This document shows positions 9,248 through 19,268 of a stretch of DNA of 64,000 bases, one piece after another. Under the pieces are notes generated by a model that saw only the letters and a list, made by a program, of their open reading frames with translations, did no database searches and was not told the DNA's origin. The position numbers and the translations under genes were made by a program. The first letter of the stretch is position 1. Every line of letters starts with the position of its first letter. Source of the stretch: a candidate division FCPU426 bacterium (GTDB lineage Bacteria > Oederibacteriota > JAAXVQ01 > JAUVAV01); contig JBFLYH010000001.1 of NCBI GenBank assembly GCA_040756875.1, positions 320,001-384,000 on the forward strand, read 5' to 3'.

Positions 9248-10456
9248 ATGAAGTTCGAAGAATTACAGTTGGACCCCCGCGTGGCGCAAGGGTTGCAAGC
9301 CGCCGGGTATGAAGCAGCAACCCCCATTCAGGAGGCCGCGATTCCCACGGCCATGGCCGGCCGGGATTTGATCGGAACGGCCCAGACCGGGACCGGAAAG
9401 ACCGCGGCGTTTGTGCTGCCGATTTTACACCGGCTACTGCAAAAGCCCGGCCCAGGCCGGACCCGCGCCTTGATCGTGACGCCCACCCGGGAATTGGCGG
9501 AGCAAATCCACGGCGTCGTTAAAATTCTGGGTCAGCATACGCGCCTCAAATCGGCCACCGTGTACGGCGGCGTGGGTATGCAGGCCCAAATCGAGGCCCT
9601 GCGCCGCGGTGTTGACATCATCGTGGCTTGTCCCGGACGCCTGCTCGACCATGTGGCCCAGGGCCATGCCAAGCTGGATGCGGTGGAAATACTGGTCTTG
9701 GATGAAGCGGACCGGATGCTGGACATGGGCTTTCTGCCTTCGATCCAAAAAATCATCCGGTTGCTTCCGGCCGAGCGGCAGACCATGCTGTTTTCGGCGA
9801 CGTTCGACCAAGCCATGGAAAAATTGATCAAGCATGCCCTGCGCCAGCCACAGCGCTTCTCCGTGAACTCCGAGGCTCCGGCCGATACGGTCGAGCACAC
9901 CCTCTATCCGGTCGCCCAACACATGAAAAACAGCCTGCTGCTGCAGCTGATCAAAAAAACCGTGGCGCAGTCCATTTTGGTCTTTACGCGCACCAAGCAT
10001 CGCGCCGACCGCGTGACCGAGATCATCAAACGCGCCGGCCACCCCGTAGCCGCGTTGCATGCCAACAAATCGCAAAGCCAGCGTCAGCAGGCCATGAATC
10101 AGTTTCGGTCCGGCCGGCTTTCCATCCTGGTGGCCACGGATATCGCGGCCCGCGGACTGGACGTTGCCAGCATCTCCCACGTCATCAATTACGACATGCC
10201 GGATTCCGCGACCACCTATATTCACCGCATCGGCCGGACCGGACGCGCTTCGCGCACCGGAGACGCGCTGACGCTGGCGACCTGGGAGGATGCGGACGTG
10301 GTGAAGGAGATTGAAAGGAAACTGGGTGCTCCGATCCGGAGGGAGACGCTGGAGGAAATGACCGACAGCACGGTTCTGCCTGTGGCCGCGGCCGCCGCTC
10401 CTGCCGTCAAAACCATGAGCAACCGTCACACCGTTTCCGTGCGCCGGCGCTTGTAG
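9248..10456 (+). CDS. rhlE: DEAD-box RNA helicase (RhlE-like)
   Basis: Q motif TPIQ, AQTGTGKT, PTRELA, DEAD, SAT, ARGLD, YIHRIGRTGRA. Confidence 0.9.
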   Translation: MKFEELQLDPRVAQGLQAAGYEAATPIQEAAIPTAMAGRDLIGTAQTGTGKTAAFVLPILHRLLQKPGPGRTRALIVTPTRELAEQIHGVVKILGQHTRLKSATVYGGVGMQAQIEALRRGVDIIVACPGRLLDHVAQGHAKLDAVEILVLDEADRMLDMGFLPSIQKIIRLLPAERQTMLFSATFDQAMEKLIKHALRQPQRFSVNSEAPADTVEHTLYPVAQHMKNSLLLQLIKKTVAQSILVFTRTKHRADRVTEIIKRAGHPVAALHANKSQSQRQQAMNQFRSGRLSILVATDIAARGLDVASISHVINYDMPDSATTYIHRIGRTGRASRTGDALTLATWEDADVVKEIERKLGAPIRRETLEEMTDSTVLPVAAAAAPAVKTMSNRHTVSVRRRL

Positions 10457-10518
10457 TACGCGGACGGGAGCCGGAACCTGTTTTTCGAAGGATTCGCCGG
10501 TAGGGAAGGTCGTATTGG

Positions 10519-11661
10519 TTAATCGCCCAGGCGCAAGCGACGGGGCAATACGGTTTTCAGCCAGGGGACGGCCGCTGGTTTGGACCTGGCCGTTTCGGGC
10601 GCGTCCAGCATCTGAGAAGCCACGAGAAATTCCGGACGGTATTCAAAATGCATGGTATCAAAGTGATGCCATTTCCCGCCCCAAATGAATCCGTGACGTT
10701 CGAAGATTTCCACCAGGCGCCAGGGGACTTCTTCGATCCGGCCCGCAACAGGCCTTTTCCACTCCCAATACTTGGGCAGCCGCGTGAAGGGATTGTTGAT
10801 ATCCAGGGCAATGCCGAAACTGTGGGCGGAAAGCTGCCGGGTGCCGGCCACGCGCCGCCATTCCCACGAGGTAATGTAGCGTCCCTGGCGCAAACCGGCG
10901 GTGCGGCCTCTTGAGAAACGGCGCCAGTAAGGGCGGGCGATTCGTTCGATATAGGTGCACACTTCAGGGTCGGCTTTCATTTCCCGCACCACGCCGCGCA
11001 AAGCCGCGGCTGCGCCGTTGCGGCGGTTGAACCAGACGGCATTCCCGAAAAAATCCACAACTTCCAGATTGCGGCGGACTTCCTGCGGCGTTCGGCCGTA
11101 CGCGGCTCGCAACAGATCATAGTGGCGTATCCGCCCCGGGTCCTGGCCGCTTGGCCTGGGAAGCGGAACCGGACCGAAGGGATACGGTTGGGACAGGATT
11201 GAAGCCAAGTCCGGATGGTCGAAACGTTCCTGCCAGGACATGAAACGGCCGGCACTATACCATTCCTCCCGCCGGTCATTAAAAGTGATCAGCCAGCCGC
11301 CAGGCGTGTGGGTGGGCCGGTCGATCGCTTCAGGATAGGCCTGAGCGAGAATTTGCGGGTAAGAAGCATACTGCGGGGGCAGGAGCAGAAAGGATCGGGG
11401 CCCCAGCAGCACCACGCCCGCGGCTATGACCGGCGCCAACCAGCGTGGTTTGAAAGCAGCAAGAATGATCCGCTGATAACGATTGAGAACAACCAGGGAA
11501 GGGACCCAGGGGATTTGAATGGACGGTTGACGGCTGCCCGGTTCCGCTGGAAGAGCGGGCGGGAGTGAGAGCCGGGTCCTGGAAACCGGAACCAGCGGAA
11601 TGGACAATTTCGACTGGTGGCGTTTTCGCTTCCGGTTTTTGCGTTTCTTGTGTTGGCTCAT
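10519..11661 (-). CDS. M15 family zinc D,D-/L,D-peptidase
   Basis: SAHSFGIALDIN (SxHxxGxAxD), GFIWGGKW and DTMHFEY motifs; basic N-terminus plus a hydrophobic segment. Confidence 0.85.
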   Translation of the reverse strand: MSQHKKRKNRKRKRHQSKLSIPLVPVSRTRLSLPPALPAEPGSRQPSIQIPWVPSLVVLNRYQRIILAAFKPRWLAPVIAAGVVLLGPRSFLLLPPQYASYPQILAQAYPEAIDRPTHTPGGWLITFNDRREEWYSAGRFMSWQERFDHPDLASILSQPYPFGPVPLPRPSGQDPGRIRHYDLLRAAYGRTPQEVRRNLEVVDFFGNAVWFNRRNGAAAALRGVVREMKADPEVCTYIERIARPYWRRFSRGRTAGLRQGRYITSWEWRRVAGTRQLSAHSFGIALDINNPFTRLPKYWEWKRPVAGRIEEVPWRLVEIFERHGFIWGGKWHHFDTMHFEYRPEFLVASQMLDAPETARSKPAAVPWLKTVLPRRLRLGD

Positions 11662-11846
11662 GGTTAACAAAGCCTAAAGAAACATTATTTAATATCCGAT
11701 AACTCAATTATATCTTATTATTGGCAGAGACCAACAAGTGATTGAGCCGAAACATGTGTGATAACCATGGCAAATGCAGTTTGATTTCGAGCGGGGGTTA
11801 TTATAAAAATAAAATCGGTAATGATTCTTATAATCGAGATATACGT

Positions 11847-11877
11847 TGACAAATAAAAGGTATTATTGTTAATATAA
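11847..11877 (+). promoter_or_regulatory. Candidate sigma70 promoter of the dsrE-hdr operon
   Basis: Perfect TTGACA followed 17-18 nt later by TTAATA/TAATAT in an AT-rich intergenic region; AATGATTCTTATAAT (Fur/PerR-like) lies upstream. Confidence 0.5.
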
Positions 11878-11957
11878 ACCCCAACTCAGAGGCCATTTGA
11901 CCTATCGCCGCCTATTCGTTTGCTCCATATAAATAATCATCCCCCAAGGAGTTGAAC

Positions 11958-12524
11958 ATGCCGGCAGAATCCGAAAAAAATCAAACCAGTGGACCGATCC
12001 AGCTTCAGGAACTTGCCGCGCGCGTGGCCAAACTGGAAAAAAACGCCCCCCAGGACCGCCTAACCCTGGGTGTTATGAAAGGCGACCTGGATTACACCAT
12101 GGCCGCATTCATTATCGCCCTGGGAGCCGCAGCCTACGACATGCAGGTGGATTTGTTTTTCACCTTCTGGGCCACAGCCTCCCTGCGGGATCCCAAGAAA
12201 AAGGCCAGGAAGGGCCTGCTGGACAAAATGTTCGGCTGGATGCTGCCCCGGGGGTCTTTCCGGCTGCCCCTGTCGAAGATGCAGATGGCCGGCATCGGCC
12301 CCCTGATGATCCGGCAGGTGATGAAAATGCGGCACGTGAAATCCCTGGAAGGGCTCATGGCCGAAGCGGCAGCCCTGGGCATTCGCATCCACGTATGCAC
12401 CATGTCCATGGATGTCATGGGGATCAAGAAAGAGGAACTGATCGATTATCCGCATATGGATTTTGTCGGCGTGGGAACGTTTGTGGACATGTTCTCCAAT
12501 TCCAAACAGTGCTGGTTCATGTAG
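11958..12524 (+). CDS. DsrE/DsrF/DrsH-like (DrsE_2) sulfur-carrier/peroxiredoxin-family protein
   Basis: GDLDYTMAAFIIALGAAA, FFTFW, LPLSKMQMAGIG, CTMSMDVMGI; RBS aaggag. Confidence 0.9.
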   Translation: MPAESEKNQTSGPIQLQELAARVAKLEKNAPQDRLTLGVMKGDLDYTMAAFIIALGAAAYDMQVDLFFTFWATASLRDPKKKARKGLLDKMFGWMLPRGSFRLPLSKMQMAGIGPLMIRQVMKMRHVKSLEGLMAEAAALGIRIHVCTMSMDVMGIKKEELIDYPHMDFVGVGTFVDMFSNSKQCWFM

Positions 12525-12545
12525 GCGGCCGGCGAAGGAGCGCAA

Positions 12546-12800
12546 ATGAACACCGATGAACTGAAGGCCCTGAAAGTTGACAAGGAAGTGGACGCCCGCG
12601 GCATGGCTTGCCCCGGCCCCCTGCTTGAAGCCAAGCGGGCCGTGGCCGAGGTTTCCGGCGGCCAGGTCATGCAGGTGATGTCCTCGGACGAAGGCACGCT
12701 CTCGGACATGCAGCGGTGGTCGCAGAAGATCGGACATGAGTATCTGGGCCACATTGAAGAAGACGGCTTCTGGAGCATCTTCGTCCGGATCAAAAGCTAA
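12546..12800 (+). CDS. tusA: Sulfurtransferase TusA family protein
   Basis: VDARGMACPGP motif, 84 aa. Confidence 0.9.
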   Translation: MNTDELKALKVDKEVDARGMACPGPLLEAKRAVAEVSGGQVMQVMSSDEGTLSDMQRWSQKIGHEYLGHIEEDGFWSIFVRIKS

Positions 12801-12819
12801 GGACACAGGCTGGCCGGTC

Positions 12820-13215
12820 ATGCCTCCATCCCCCAAGATATTGGTTTTTTCCACCAATAATATTTCCGATCCCGGAATCGACTTCGCGGGCAGCGCGCAC
12901 CTTCACTATTCGACCGCGGTGCGCGTGGTAGCCTTGCCCTGTTCCAGCGGGATCAAGCCCGCCTGGATCGAGCACGCCTTGAAGTCCGGGTTCGACGGGG
13001 TGTTCGTCGCGGCCTGCGGAGGAGACTGCGCCTTCTTGCCCAATTGCAACCAGTTGACGGGCCAAGTCGTGCAAAAGGCCCAGGCGCTGCTCAAATCGTC
13101 CGGCCTCAATCCCAAACGGCTGAAGATGGCCGCCATTTGCTCGGTGTGCGCCGAGCAGTTCGTCACGCACATGCACAATTTTGAGAAGGAACTCGTCAAA
13201 CTTGCCGCCTCTTGA
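12820..13215 (+). CDS. mvhD: Hydrogenase iron-sulfur subunit MvhD/FlpD
   Basis: DFAG..HLHY...VRVV.LPCSS, ALKSGFDGVFVAACGGDC, GLNPKRL, CSVC; ATG at 12820. Confidence 0.85.
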   Translation: MPPSPKILVFSTNNISDPGIDFAGSAHLHYSTAVRVVALPCSSGIKPAWIEHALKSGFDGVFVAACGGDCAFLPNCNQLTGQVVQKAQALLKSSGLNPKRLKMAAICSVCAEQFVTHMHNFEKELVKLAAS

Positions 13216-15949
13216 AAGCAGTCACCACCACTATGACGCGTTGATCGTCGGCGCGGGCACTTCGGGCATGGAGGCCGCCCTCACGCTGGGCGACATGGGC
13301 CATCGCGTGCTGCTGGTCGAAAAGGAACCCAGCATCGGCGGGAAAACCATCCTGCTGAGCAAGGTGTTTCCCACCCTCGACTGCGCCAGCTGCATCTCCA
13401 CGCCCAAAATGGCGGCCACGGCGCATCATCCGAACGTGACCTTGATGGTTTCCACCGAGGCCGAAGCGGTCGAAAAAAACGACGGCCGTTTCCGGATCAG
13501 GCTGCGCCACCGGGCCACTTCGGTGCATCCTGACTTGTGCACGGGCTGCGGCCAATGCGAAACCGCCTGCACGGTCGCGGTGCCGGACCAGTATAATTAC
13601 GGCCTGGCCGCCCGGCGGGCGGCGCACATTCCCTTTCCCCAGGCCATTCCCAAGAAAGCGGTGATCGAGAAGGAAGGATCCGCGCCCTGCCACCGCGCCT
13701 GTCCGGCCGGGGTGCACGCCAGCGGATTCGTCTCCCTGGTGCGGAGCGGCAAATACCGGGAGGGCTTCCTGCTCCACCTTGAGGATGCGCCCCTGGTCGG
13801 CGTGCTCAGCCGCGCCTGTTACGCGCCCTGTGAAGGGGAATGCACGCGCACCGACCTGGAAGGCGCGGTCAACATCCGCGCCGTCAAGCGTTTCATGTCC
13901 GACCGTTACTACGCCGACCATCCTGAACCTGAATACGGCCCGCCTGCCGAACGCCTGAACACGCGCGTGGCCGTGGTGGGTTCCGGGCCGGCCGGCCTGG
14001 CCGCGGCCTTTTACCTCGCCCGCCAAGGGCACGGCGTGACGATCTTCGAGTCGCAGCCCGAACCCGGCGGCATGCTGCGCTACGGCATTCCGGCCTACCG
14101 CCTGCCGCGCGAAGTGGTGGACCGGGACATCAGGAACGTCACAGCCCTGGGCGTGGAGATCAAGACCAACGCCAAAGTGGAATCGCTCGCGGCCCTCCAG
14201 GGCCAAGGCTTTGACGGCGTCGTCGTGGCCGTGGGCGGGCAGGTGCCCCGCATCGTGCCGCTGGCGGGCGTTGAACGGGTCGACCAGGACGACTGCATGA
14301 ATTTCCTCAGCCACAGCCAGAGCAAACAGGCGGAGATCCGCAACCGGCACGTGGTGGTGATCGGCGGCGGCAACGTGGCCATGGACGTGGCGCGTTCGGC
14401 CGTGCGCCTGGGTGCGGCCGCGGTCTCGGTGCTGTGCCTGGAGTGCCGGGCTGACATGCCGGCCCACCCCTTCGAAGTGGTGGAAGCCGAGGAAGAGGGA
14501 GTTAATTTCCATCCGGCCTCGGTCACCAACCGCATTTTCAGCGGGCCGGAAGGCCCGCTGCTCGAGTTCGTGCAAATTCATTCGTTCCAAATGGTGGAAG
14601 GCAAACCGAGTTATCAAACCATGCCGGGCAGTGAACGGCAAATCCGCGCGGACGTGGTGATCATGGCGGTCGGCCTTGCGCCCAGCACCTTGCCGTTCCG
14701 CGGGGAAGTGGAGCTCAACCGCAACCAGACCATCCGCGCGGACGAGGAAACGCTGGAAACCTCCCGGCCGCTGGTTTTTGCCTGCGGCGACGCGGTCATG
14801 GGGCCGGCCATCATTGTCAAATCCATCGGCCAGGGCAAGCGGGCCGCGCACTATCTGGATTTGAAGCTCAAGCAACAGCCTTTGGCGCCCGCAGCCTGGA
14901 TGGCTCTGCCGGAGGCGGCTGACAAAGTCGCGGTGCTTAAAAATGAAAAAGGCGCGCCGAGGCGGGAACCGGCGGCCCAGCGGATGAAAACTCCCAAGGA
15001 ACGCGTGGCCAGCTTCGAAGCGTACGAAGGCGCGCTGACGGAAGCGGAGGCGCGCTCAGCCGCAGGCCGCTGCCTGGATTGCGCGGTCTGCTCCCAGTGC
15101 CTGGAGTGCGTGCGCGTCTGCCCGGCGAATGCCGTTGATTTCGGCATCCGTCCGCGCATGGAACAGGTGACCGCCTCGGCCGTCATCCTGGCCGGCGGGT
15201 TCGAGATCCTCGATCCGGCCGCCAAGCCGCTGCTGGGATTCGGCCGTTATCCCGACGTCCTTTCCGCGCCGCAGATGGACCGCCTGCTGGCTCCCACGCG
15301 GCCGTTCAACGGCGTGCTGCGCCCGTCCGACGGCCGGGAACCGGAACACATCGCCATGGTGCTGTGTTCAGGGGCCAGGGACCATACGGTTTGCAACCCC
15401 CTCTGCTGCCGGATCGGGTGCATGTACGCCCTCAAACAGGCGCAGTTGCTGATGGGCGCACTGCCCCTGGCCGAGGTCACGATTTACTACATCGACATCC
15501 GCGCCTTCGGCAAGGGGTACGACGAGTTTTTCGAACAGGCCAGGGGCATGGGCGTCAAATTCGCGAAAGGCAAAGTTGTCCGCATCGAGGAAAAGCCGGG
15601 GGGCGGCCTGCTTCTGCATTACGAGGACATGGCCGCGGGTGCGGGCCCCAAAACCGCGGAGCATGACCTGGCCGTGCTGTCCGTGGGCCTGCAGCCCAAC
15701 CGCGCGCTCCTGGACCGGCTGGGAGCCCTGCGGCCGGAAACCGACGAGCAGGGATACGTGCGCGAAGCCGGCGGCATGACTGATCCGGCCGCCACCAATG
15801 TTGAAGGCCTGTTCGTGGCCGGCGCTTTTCCCGGGGGCCGCGACATCCCGGATGCGGTGCTGCACGCCGCGGCCACGGCCACGCAGGCTGCGCGTTATCT
15901 GGCGAAAAAAGAAAACCAGCCGGCCGGACCGGCGCAGGAGGGCCGCTGA
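13181..15949 (+). CDS. hdrA: Large HdrA-like flavoprotein with inserted GltD/NfnB-like FAD/NAD(P) module (HdrL-like)
   Basis: IVGAGTSG, KVFPTLDCASC, CTGCGQCETAC; insert with APCHRACP, VGSGPAG, GGMLRYGIP, VIGGGNVAMD; CLDCAVCSQCLECVRVC, CCRIGCMY, YIDIRAFGKGY. The true start may be TTG at 13202. Confidence 0.85.
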   Translation: MRRNSSNLPPLESSHHHYDALIVGAGTSGMEAALTLGDMGHRVLLVEKEPSIGGKTILLSKVFPTLDCASCISTPKMAATAHHPNVTLMVSTEAEAVEKNDGRFRIRLRHRATSVHPDLCTGCGQCETACTVAVPDQYNYGLAARRAAHIPFPQAIPKKAVIEKEGSAPCHRACPAGVHASGFVSLVRSGKYREGFLLHLEDAPLVGVLSRACYAPCEGECTRTDLEGAVNIRAVKRFMSDRYYADHPEPEYGPPAERLNTRVAVVGSGPAGLAAAFYLARQGHGVTIFESQPEPGGMLRYGIPAYRLPREVVDRDIRNVTALGVEIKTNAKVESLAALQGQGFDGVVVAVGGQVPRIVPLAGVERVDQDDCMNFLSHSQSKQAEIRNRHVVVIGGGNVAMDVARSAVRLGAAAVSVLCLECRADMPAHPFEVVEAEEEGVNFHPASVTNRIFSGPEGPLLEFVQIHSFQMVEGKPSYQTMPGSERQIRADVVIMAVGLAPSTLPFRGEVELNRNQTIRADEETLETSRPLVFACGDAVMGPAIIVKSIGQGKRAAHYLDLKLKQQPLAPAAWMALPEAADKVAVLKNEKGAPRREPAAQRMKTPKERVASFEAYEGALTEAEARSAAGRCLDCAVCSQCLECVRVCPANAVDFGIRPRMEQVTASAVILAGGFEILDPAAKPLLGFGRYPDVLSAPQMDRLLAPTRPFNGVLRPSDGREPEHIAMVLCSGARDHTVCNPLCCRIGCMYALKQAQLLMGALPLAEVTIYYIDIRAFGKGYDEFFEQARGMGVKFAKGKVVRIEEKPGGGLLLHYEDMAAGAGPKTAEHDLAVLSVGLQPNRALLDRLGALRPETDEQGYVREAGGMTDPAATNVEGLFVAGAFPGGRDIPDAVLHAAATATQAARYLAKKENQPAGPAQEGR

Positions 15950-17685
15950 TGGCCGCGAACCCTTCCCCGGAAAAACGGATCGGCGTGTACGTCTGCTACT
16001 GCGGCGGCAATATATCGGATTACGTCGATGTGCAGAAGATCGCGGAAGCGGTCAGGCAGGAGCCGGGCGTGACGGTTGCCCGCAACCACATGTTCACCTG
16101 TTCGGATGCTGCCCAGCAGGAAATCATCCAGGACATCAAGGATCAGCACCTGGACGGCCTGGTGATCGCCTCCTGTTCCCCCAAACTTCATATGTTCACC
16201 TTCCGGGGCATGGCCGAGCGCGCGGGCATCAACCCCTACCAGTATATCCAGGTGAACCTGCGCGAGCAGTGCTCCTGGGCCCACCGGCAGGAGCGCGACC
16301 AGGCGACCCAAAAGGGCGTGGCCTTGGTCAAAGCCGGCATTGCCAAAGCCCGTTTCACCGAGCCGCTGGCCCCCATCCGGGTGACCACCAAGCCCAGGGT
16401 CCTGGTGGTCGGCGGCGGCATGACCGGCCTGGCCGCGGCCCGGGCCTTGTCGGACCTCGGAATCGGGGTGGACCTGGTCGAGAAAAGCGGCCGCCTGGGC
16501 GGATGGACCGCCGAGTGGGAGCGCGTGTATCCGGGCGGTCAGGACGGAGTCGCCCTGGCCAAGGCCCTGGCCGGGGAAGTGGCCGGGCGGCCGAACGTGC
16601 GGGTATGGACTGAAACCGAAGTGGTGGACAAAGGCGGACACCTGGGTGATTTCGAAATCACCGTGCAGTCGCCCGACGGCCGCCACACACTGTCCGCCGG
16701 CGCCATCGTGGCGGCCACGGGTTTTGATCCTTACCAGCCCCAGGCCGGGGAATTCGGCTACGGCCTGCCGGACGTGGTGACCCTGCCGGATTTCAAGAAA
16801 AGGCTGGGAACGGGGAAGCCGCTGGCCACGGCCGACGGCCGGCCGGTGAAGAAAATCGCTTACATCTACTGCGTGGGCAGCCGGCAGAAAAAAGCGCCGG
16901 GAGCCAATACCCACTGCTCCCGTTATTGCTGCACCGCAGCCTGCTTTTCCAGCGTCAGCGTGCACGCGGCGGATCAGGAAGTCGTCCAGTACCATTTGTT
17001 CCGCGACATCCGCACATTCGGGGAACACGAGCTGCTGTACGAACAGGCGCGCCGGGAGGGCGCCGTGTTCCTGCGCTACGAAGCCGGGGAACCGCCCCAG
17101 GTGGAGTCCGCGGAACAAGGCCTGCTGGTCTCGGTCAAGGATCAGCTGACCGCGGGCGAGCTGCTGGAGATTCCGGCCGACCTGGTGGTCCTGGTCACGG
17201 GCATGACACCCCGTAAAAACGAGAATCTGGTCAATGTCCTGAAGGTGCCGGTCGGGAGCAACGGTTTTTTCAATGAAATCCACCCCAAGCTGCGGCCTGT
17301 GGAAACGGTCATGGACGGCATTTTCATCGCCGGCGCGGCCCAAAGCCCGCGCCTGATCGGCGAGGCGGTCGGATCCGCCTTGGCGGCGGTGAGCAAATGC
17401 GGCGCCCTGCTGAAGAAGGGGTTCGTGGACCTGGAACCCTTGATCGCCACGGTGCGCCAGGATCGCTGCGAATGGTGCGGGCTGTGCCAGCCCGTATGCC
17501 CCTACCGGGCCATCGAGATGGTGTCCTGCGACGGCAAGGACAAAGCGCAGATCATCCCCTTTTTATGCAAAGGCTGCGGCGCCTGCGTGCCGATGTGCCC
17601 CAAAGACGCCATTGACGTCAAAGGCTACAGCGACGAGCAAATCACATCCATGATTTCAGCTTTGGCTGGGGAGCGGACAGCATGA
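15949..17685 (+). CDS. hdrA: Heterodisulfide reductase subunit A family protein
   Basis: IGVYVCYCGGNI, ASCSPKLH, NLREQCSW, VGGGMTG, YCVGSR, CSRYCC, EIHPKLRPVET; two C-terminal CxxCxxCxxxCP motifs. Confidence 0.9.
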   Translation: MAANPSPEKRIGVYVCYCGGNISDYVDVQKIAEAVRQEPGVTVARNHMFTCSDAAQQEIIQDIKDQHLDGLVIASCSPKLHMFTFRGMAERAGINPYQYIQVNLREQCSWAHRQERDQATQKGVALVKAGIAKARFTEPLAPIRVTTKPRVLVVGGGMTGLAAARALSDLGIGVDLVEKSGRLGGWTAEWERVYPGGQDGVALAKALAGEVAGRPNVRVWTETEVVDKGGHLGDFEITVQSPDGRHTLSAGAIVAATGFDPYQPQAGEFGYGLPDVVTLPDFKKRLGTGKPLATADGRPVKKIAYIYCVGSRQKKAPGANTHCSRYCCTAACFSSVSVHAADQEVVQYHLFRDIRTFGEHELLYEQARREGAVFLRYEAGEPPQVESAEQGLLVSVKDQLTAGELLEIPADLVVLVTGMTPRKNENLVNVLKVPVGSNGFFNEIHPKLRPVETVMDGIFIAGAAQSPRLIGEAVGSALAAVSKCGALLKKGFVDLEPLIATVRQDRCEWCGLCQPVCPYRAIEMVSCDGKDKAQIIPFLCKGCGACVPMCPKDAIDVKGYSDEQITSMISALAGERTA

Positions 17686-17918
17686 GAAACCTGAGGACCG
17701 TCATGCGCGATGAAATGGTCAAACGCGACGAAATCCTGCGTTTGCTGCAGGACGGCCCCAAAACCGTTCCCGAGATCGCCCGGGCCCTGAACGCGCCCAC
17801 GGCGGATGCGGTGTTGTGGATGATGGCCATGCGCCGGTACGGCTGGATTGCGGAAACCGGCCGGCCGAATACCGAAGGCTATTTTGCCTATGCCCTGATC
17901 AAGAAGGACCAGCCATGA
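17682..17918 (+). CDS. Small winged-HTH protein in the hdr operon
   Basis: ILRLL.DGPKTVPEIARAL pattern; overlaps both neighbours by 4 nt. Confidence 0.75.
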   Translation: MRNLRTVMRDEMVKRDEILRLLQDGPKTVPEIARALNAPTADAVLWMMAMRRYGWIAETGRPNTEGYFAYALIKKDQP

Positions 17919-18214
17919 CCCGGGTCAACGCGGAATTCCCGAAGACATTCGATGCCACGGGCGAATTCGACGCCGCGCCCTGCATGAACTGCGGCACGTG
18001 CACGGCGTTGTGCCCCATGGAATTGACCAGCCTGCCGCGCGAACTGTTCCGCTACGCCCAACTGGGAATGGCGGACAAAATCGGCCAGCACGCGGAGACG
18101 GTTTTTTCCTGCCTGCTCTGCCGCATGTGCGAGGTCAACTGCCCCTCCCAGGTGAAGATCGCGGGCAATGTGCGGGCATTGCGGGCCTACCTCAACCGCA
18201 AGGAGGGCGTGTGA
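17915..18214 (+). CDS. 4Fe-4S dicluster protein (HdrC-like)
   Basis: CMNCGTCTALCP and CLLCRMCEVNCP; ATG at 17915 with aaggac RBS. Confidence 0.85.
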   Translation: MTRVNAEFPKTFDATGEFDAAPCMNCGTCTALCPMELTSLPRELFRYAQLGMADKIGQHAETVFSCLLCRMCEVNCPSQVKIAGNVRALRAYLNRKEGV

Positions 18215-19185
18215 GCGCGAACTCCCTGCCGCGGAAACATGTCATCGGCATCCTGGCGGACAACCTCCGCCTGCGGGGAAGCGTCATGCCGCTTTCCGGC
18301 CGCCGCCTCACCGCCTGGGCCAGGGGTTTGCATCTGCCTCGCGGCGGGGACACCGTGATTTACACCGGCCACATGTATCAAATGATGCCCGCCCTGGGCT
18401 CTCTGGAGGCGGGGCTGGCTCTGGCCGCGAAACTGTCGCTCACCCGGTTGATGGGCCTCGGCCGCTGGGTGAACCGGCTGGTCGACCTGTCAACGTTCAT
18501 GACCTGGCCATCAGGCCGGGAGCAGCGCGAGTACGACGGCCGCTTGCGCCGGATCGCGAAACGGCTGCTGGCCGCCAAGGTAACCTTCGGGTATCTGTAC
18601 GAAAAGGAACTGTACACCGGCGCGCTGCTCTACGATTTGGGGGCCGAGGAGGTCTTTCGCAGCCATGCGCAGAAGGTCTGGCACCTGCTCAAGGCGCAAG
18701 GCGTGAAACGCGTGATTACCGTCGATCCCCATACCATGGATATGCTGCGCGAAGTCTATCCCCGTTATTGTCCGGATTACCGGATGGAAGTCGTCAGTTA
18801 TCTTGAAGTGCTATCGCAGGCAGAGGCGCCCGCAGCGCCAAACGCCGGCAAGATGGCGAAGGAGTGCGTGGCGCTCCACGATTCCTGCCTCTATGCCCGG
18901 GTGTTGGACGTTGTCGAACCGCCCCGGCGGTTGCTGGCGCAAGACCGCCGGCCTGAGGCCGAACATGCCCAATCGCGGGCCGCGACCCATTGTTGCGGCG
19001 GCCCGCTTGAATCCCTGTTTCCGGACAAAGCCGAGACAGTGGCCAGGACCCGGTTTGCCCAGTTGGAGCAGACCGGTTGCAAATCCGTTGCCGCCATGTG
19101 TCCCATCTGCCTGCACAATCTGCGCAAAGCCGCAGCCGGGAAGGGAATCGAGGTCAGGGATTTTTCGGAAGTTTTGGACCGTTGA
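18211..19185 (+). CDS. CCG-domain Fe-S protein (HdrB/HdrD-like)
   Basis: VITVDPH, HDSCLYAR, HCCGG, MCPIC; GTG start after aggaggg. Confidence 0.85.
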   Translation: MSANSLPRKHVIGILADNLRLRGSVMPLSGRRLTAWARGLHLPRGGDTVIYTGHMYQMMPALGSLEAGLALAAKLSLTRLMGLGRWVNRLVDLSTFMTWPSGREQREYDGRLRRIAKRLLAAKVTFGYLYEKELYTGALLYDLGAEEVFRSHAQKVWHLLKAQGVKRVITVDPHTMDMLREVYPRYCPDYRMEVVSYLEVLSQAEAPAAPNAGKMAKECVALHDSCLYARVLDVVEPPRRLLAQDRRPEAEHAQSRAATHCCGGPLESLFPDKAETVARTRFAQLEQTGCKSVAAMCPICLHNLRKAAAGKGIEVRDFSEVLDR

Positions 19186-19197
19186 TGGCAGGCTAAG

Positions 19198-19254
19198 TCC
19201 CCCAATAAATAAAAACCTCGCCTGAATCAGGCGGGGTTTTTATTTATTGGGGGA
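19198..19254. terminator. Long bidirectional intrinsic terminator / inverted repeat
   Basis: tcccccaataaataaaaacctcgcctga-a-tcaggcggggtttttatttattggggga; about 28-bp arms between convergent genes. Confidence 0.8.
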
Positions 19255-19268
19255 TGATCGAGGCTGGT

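Noticed and set aside
13196-17343. 559-aa and 482-aa minus-strand ORFs, and possible selenocysteine recoding in hdrA/mvhD
   Set aside because: Shadows of the hdrA genes. The hdrA and mvhD frames are uninterrupted with Cys codons and have no in-frame TGA.
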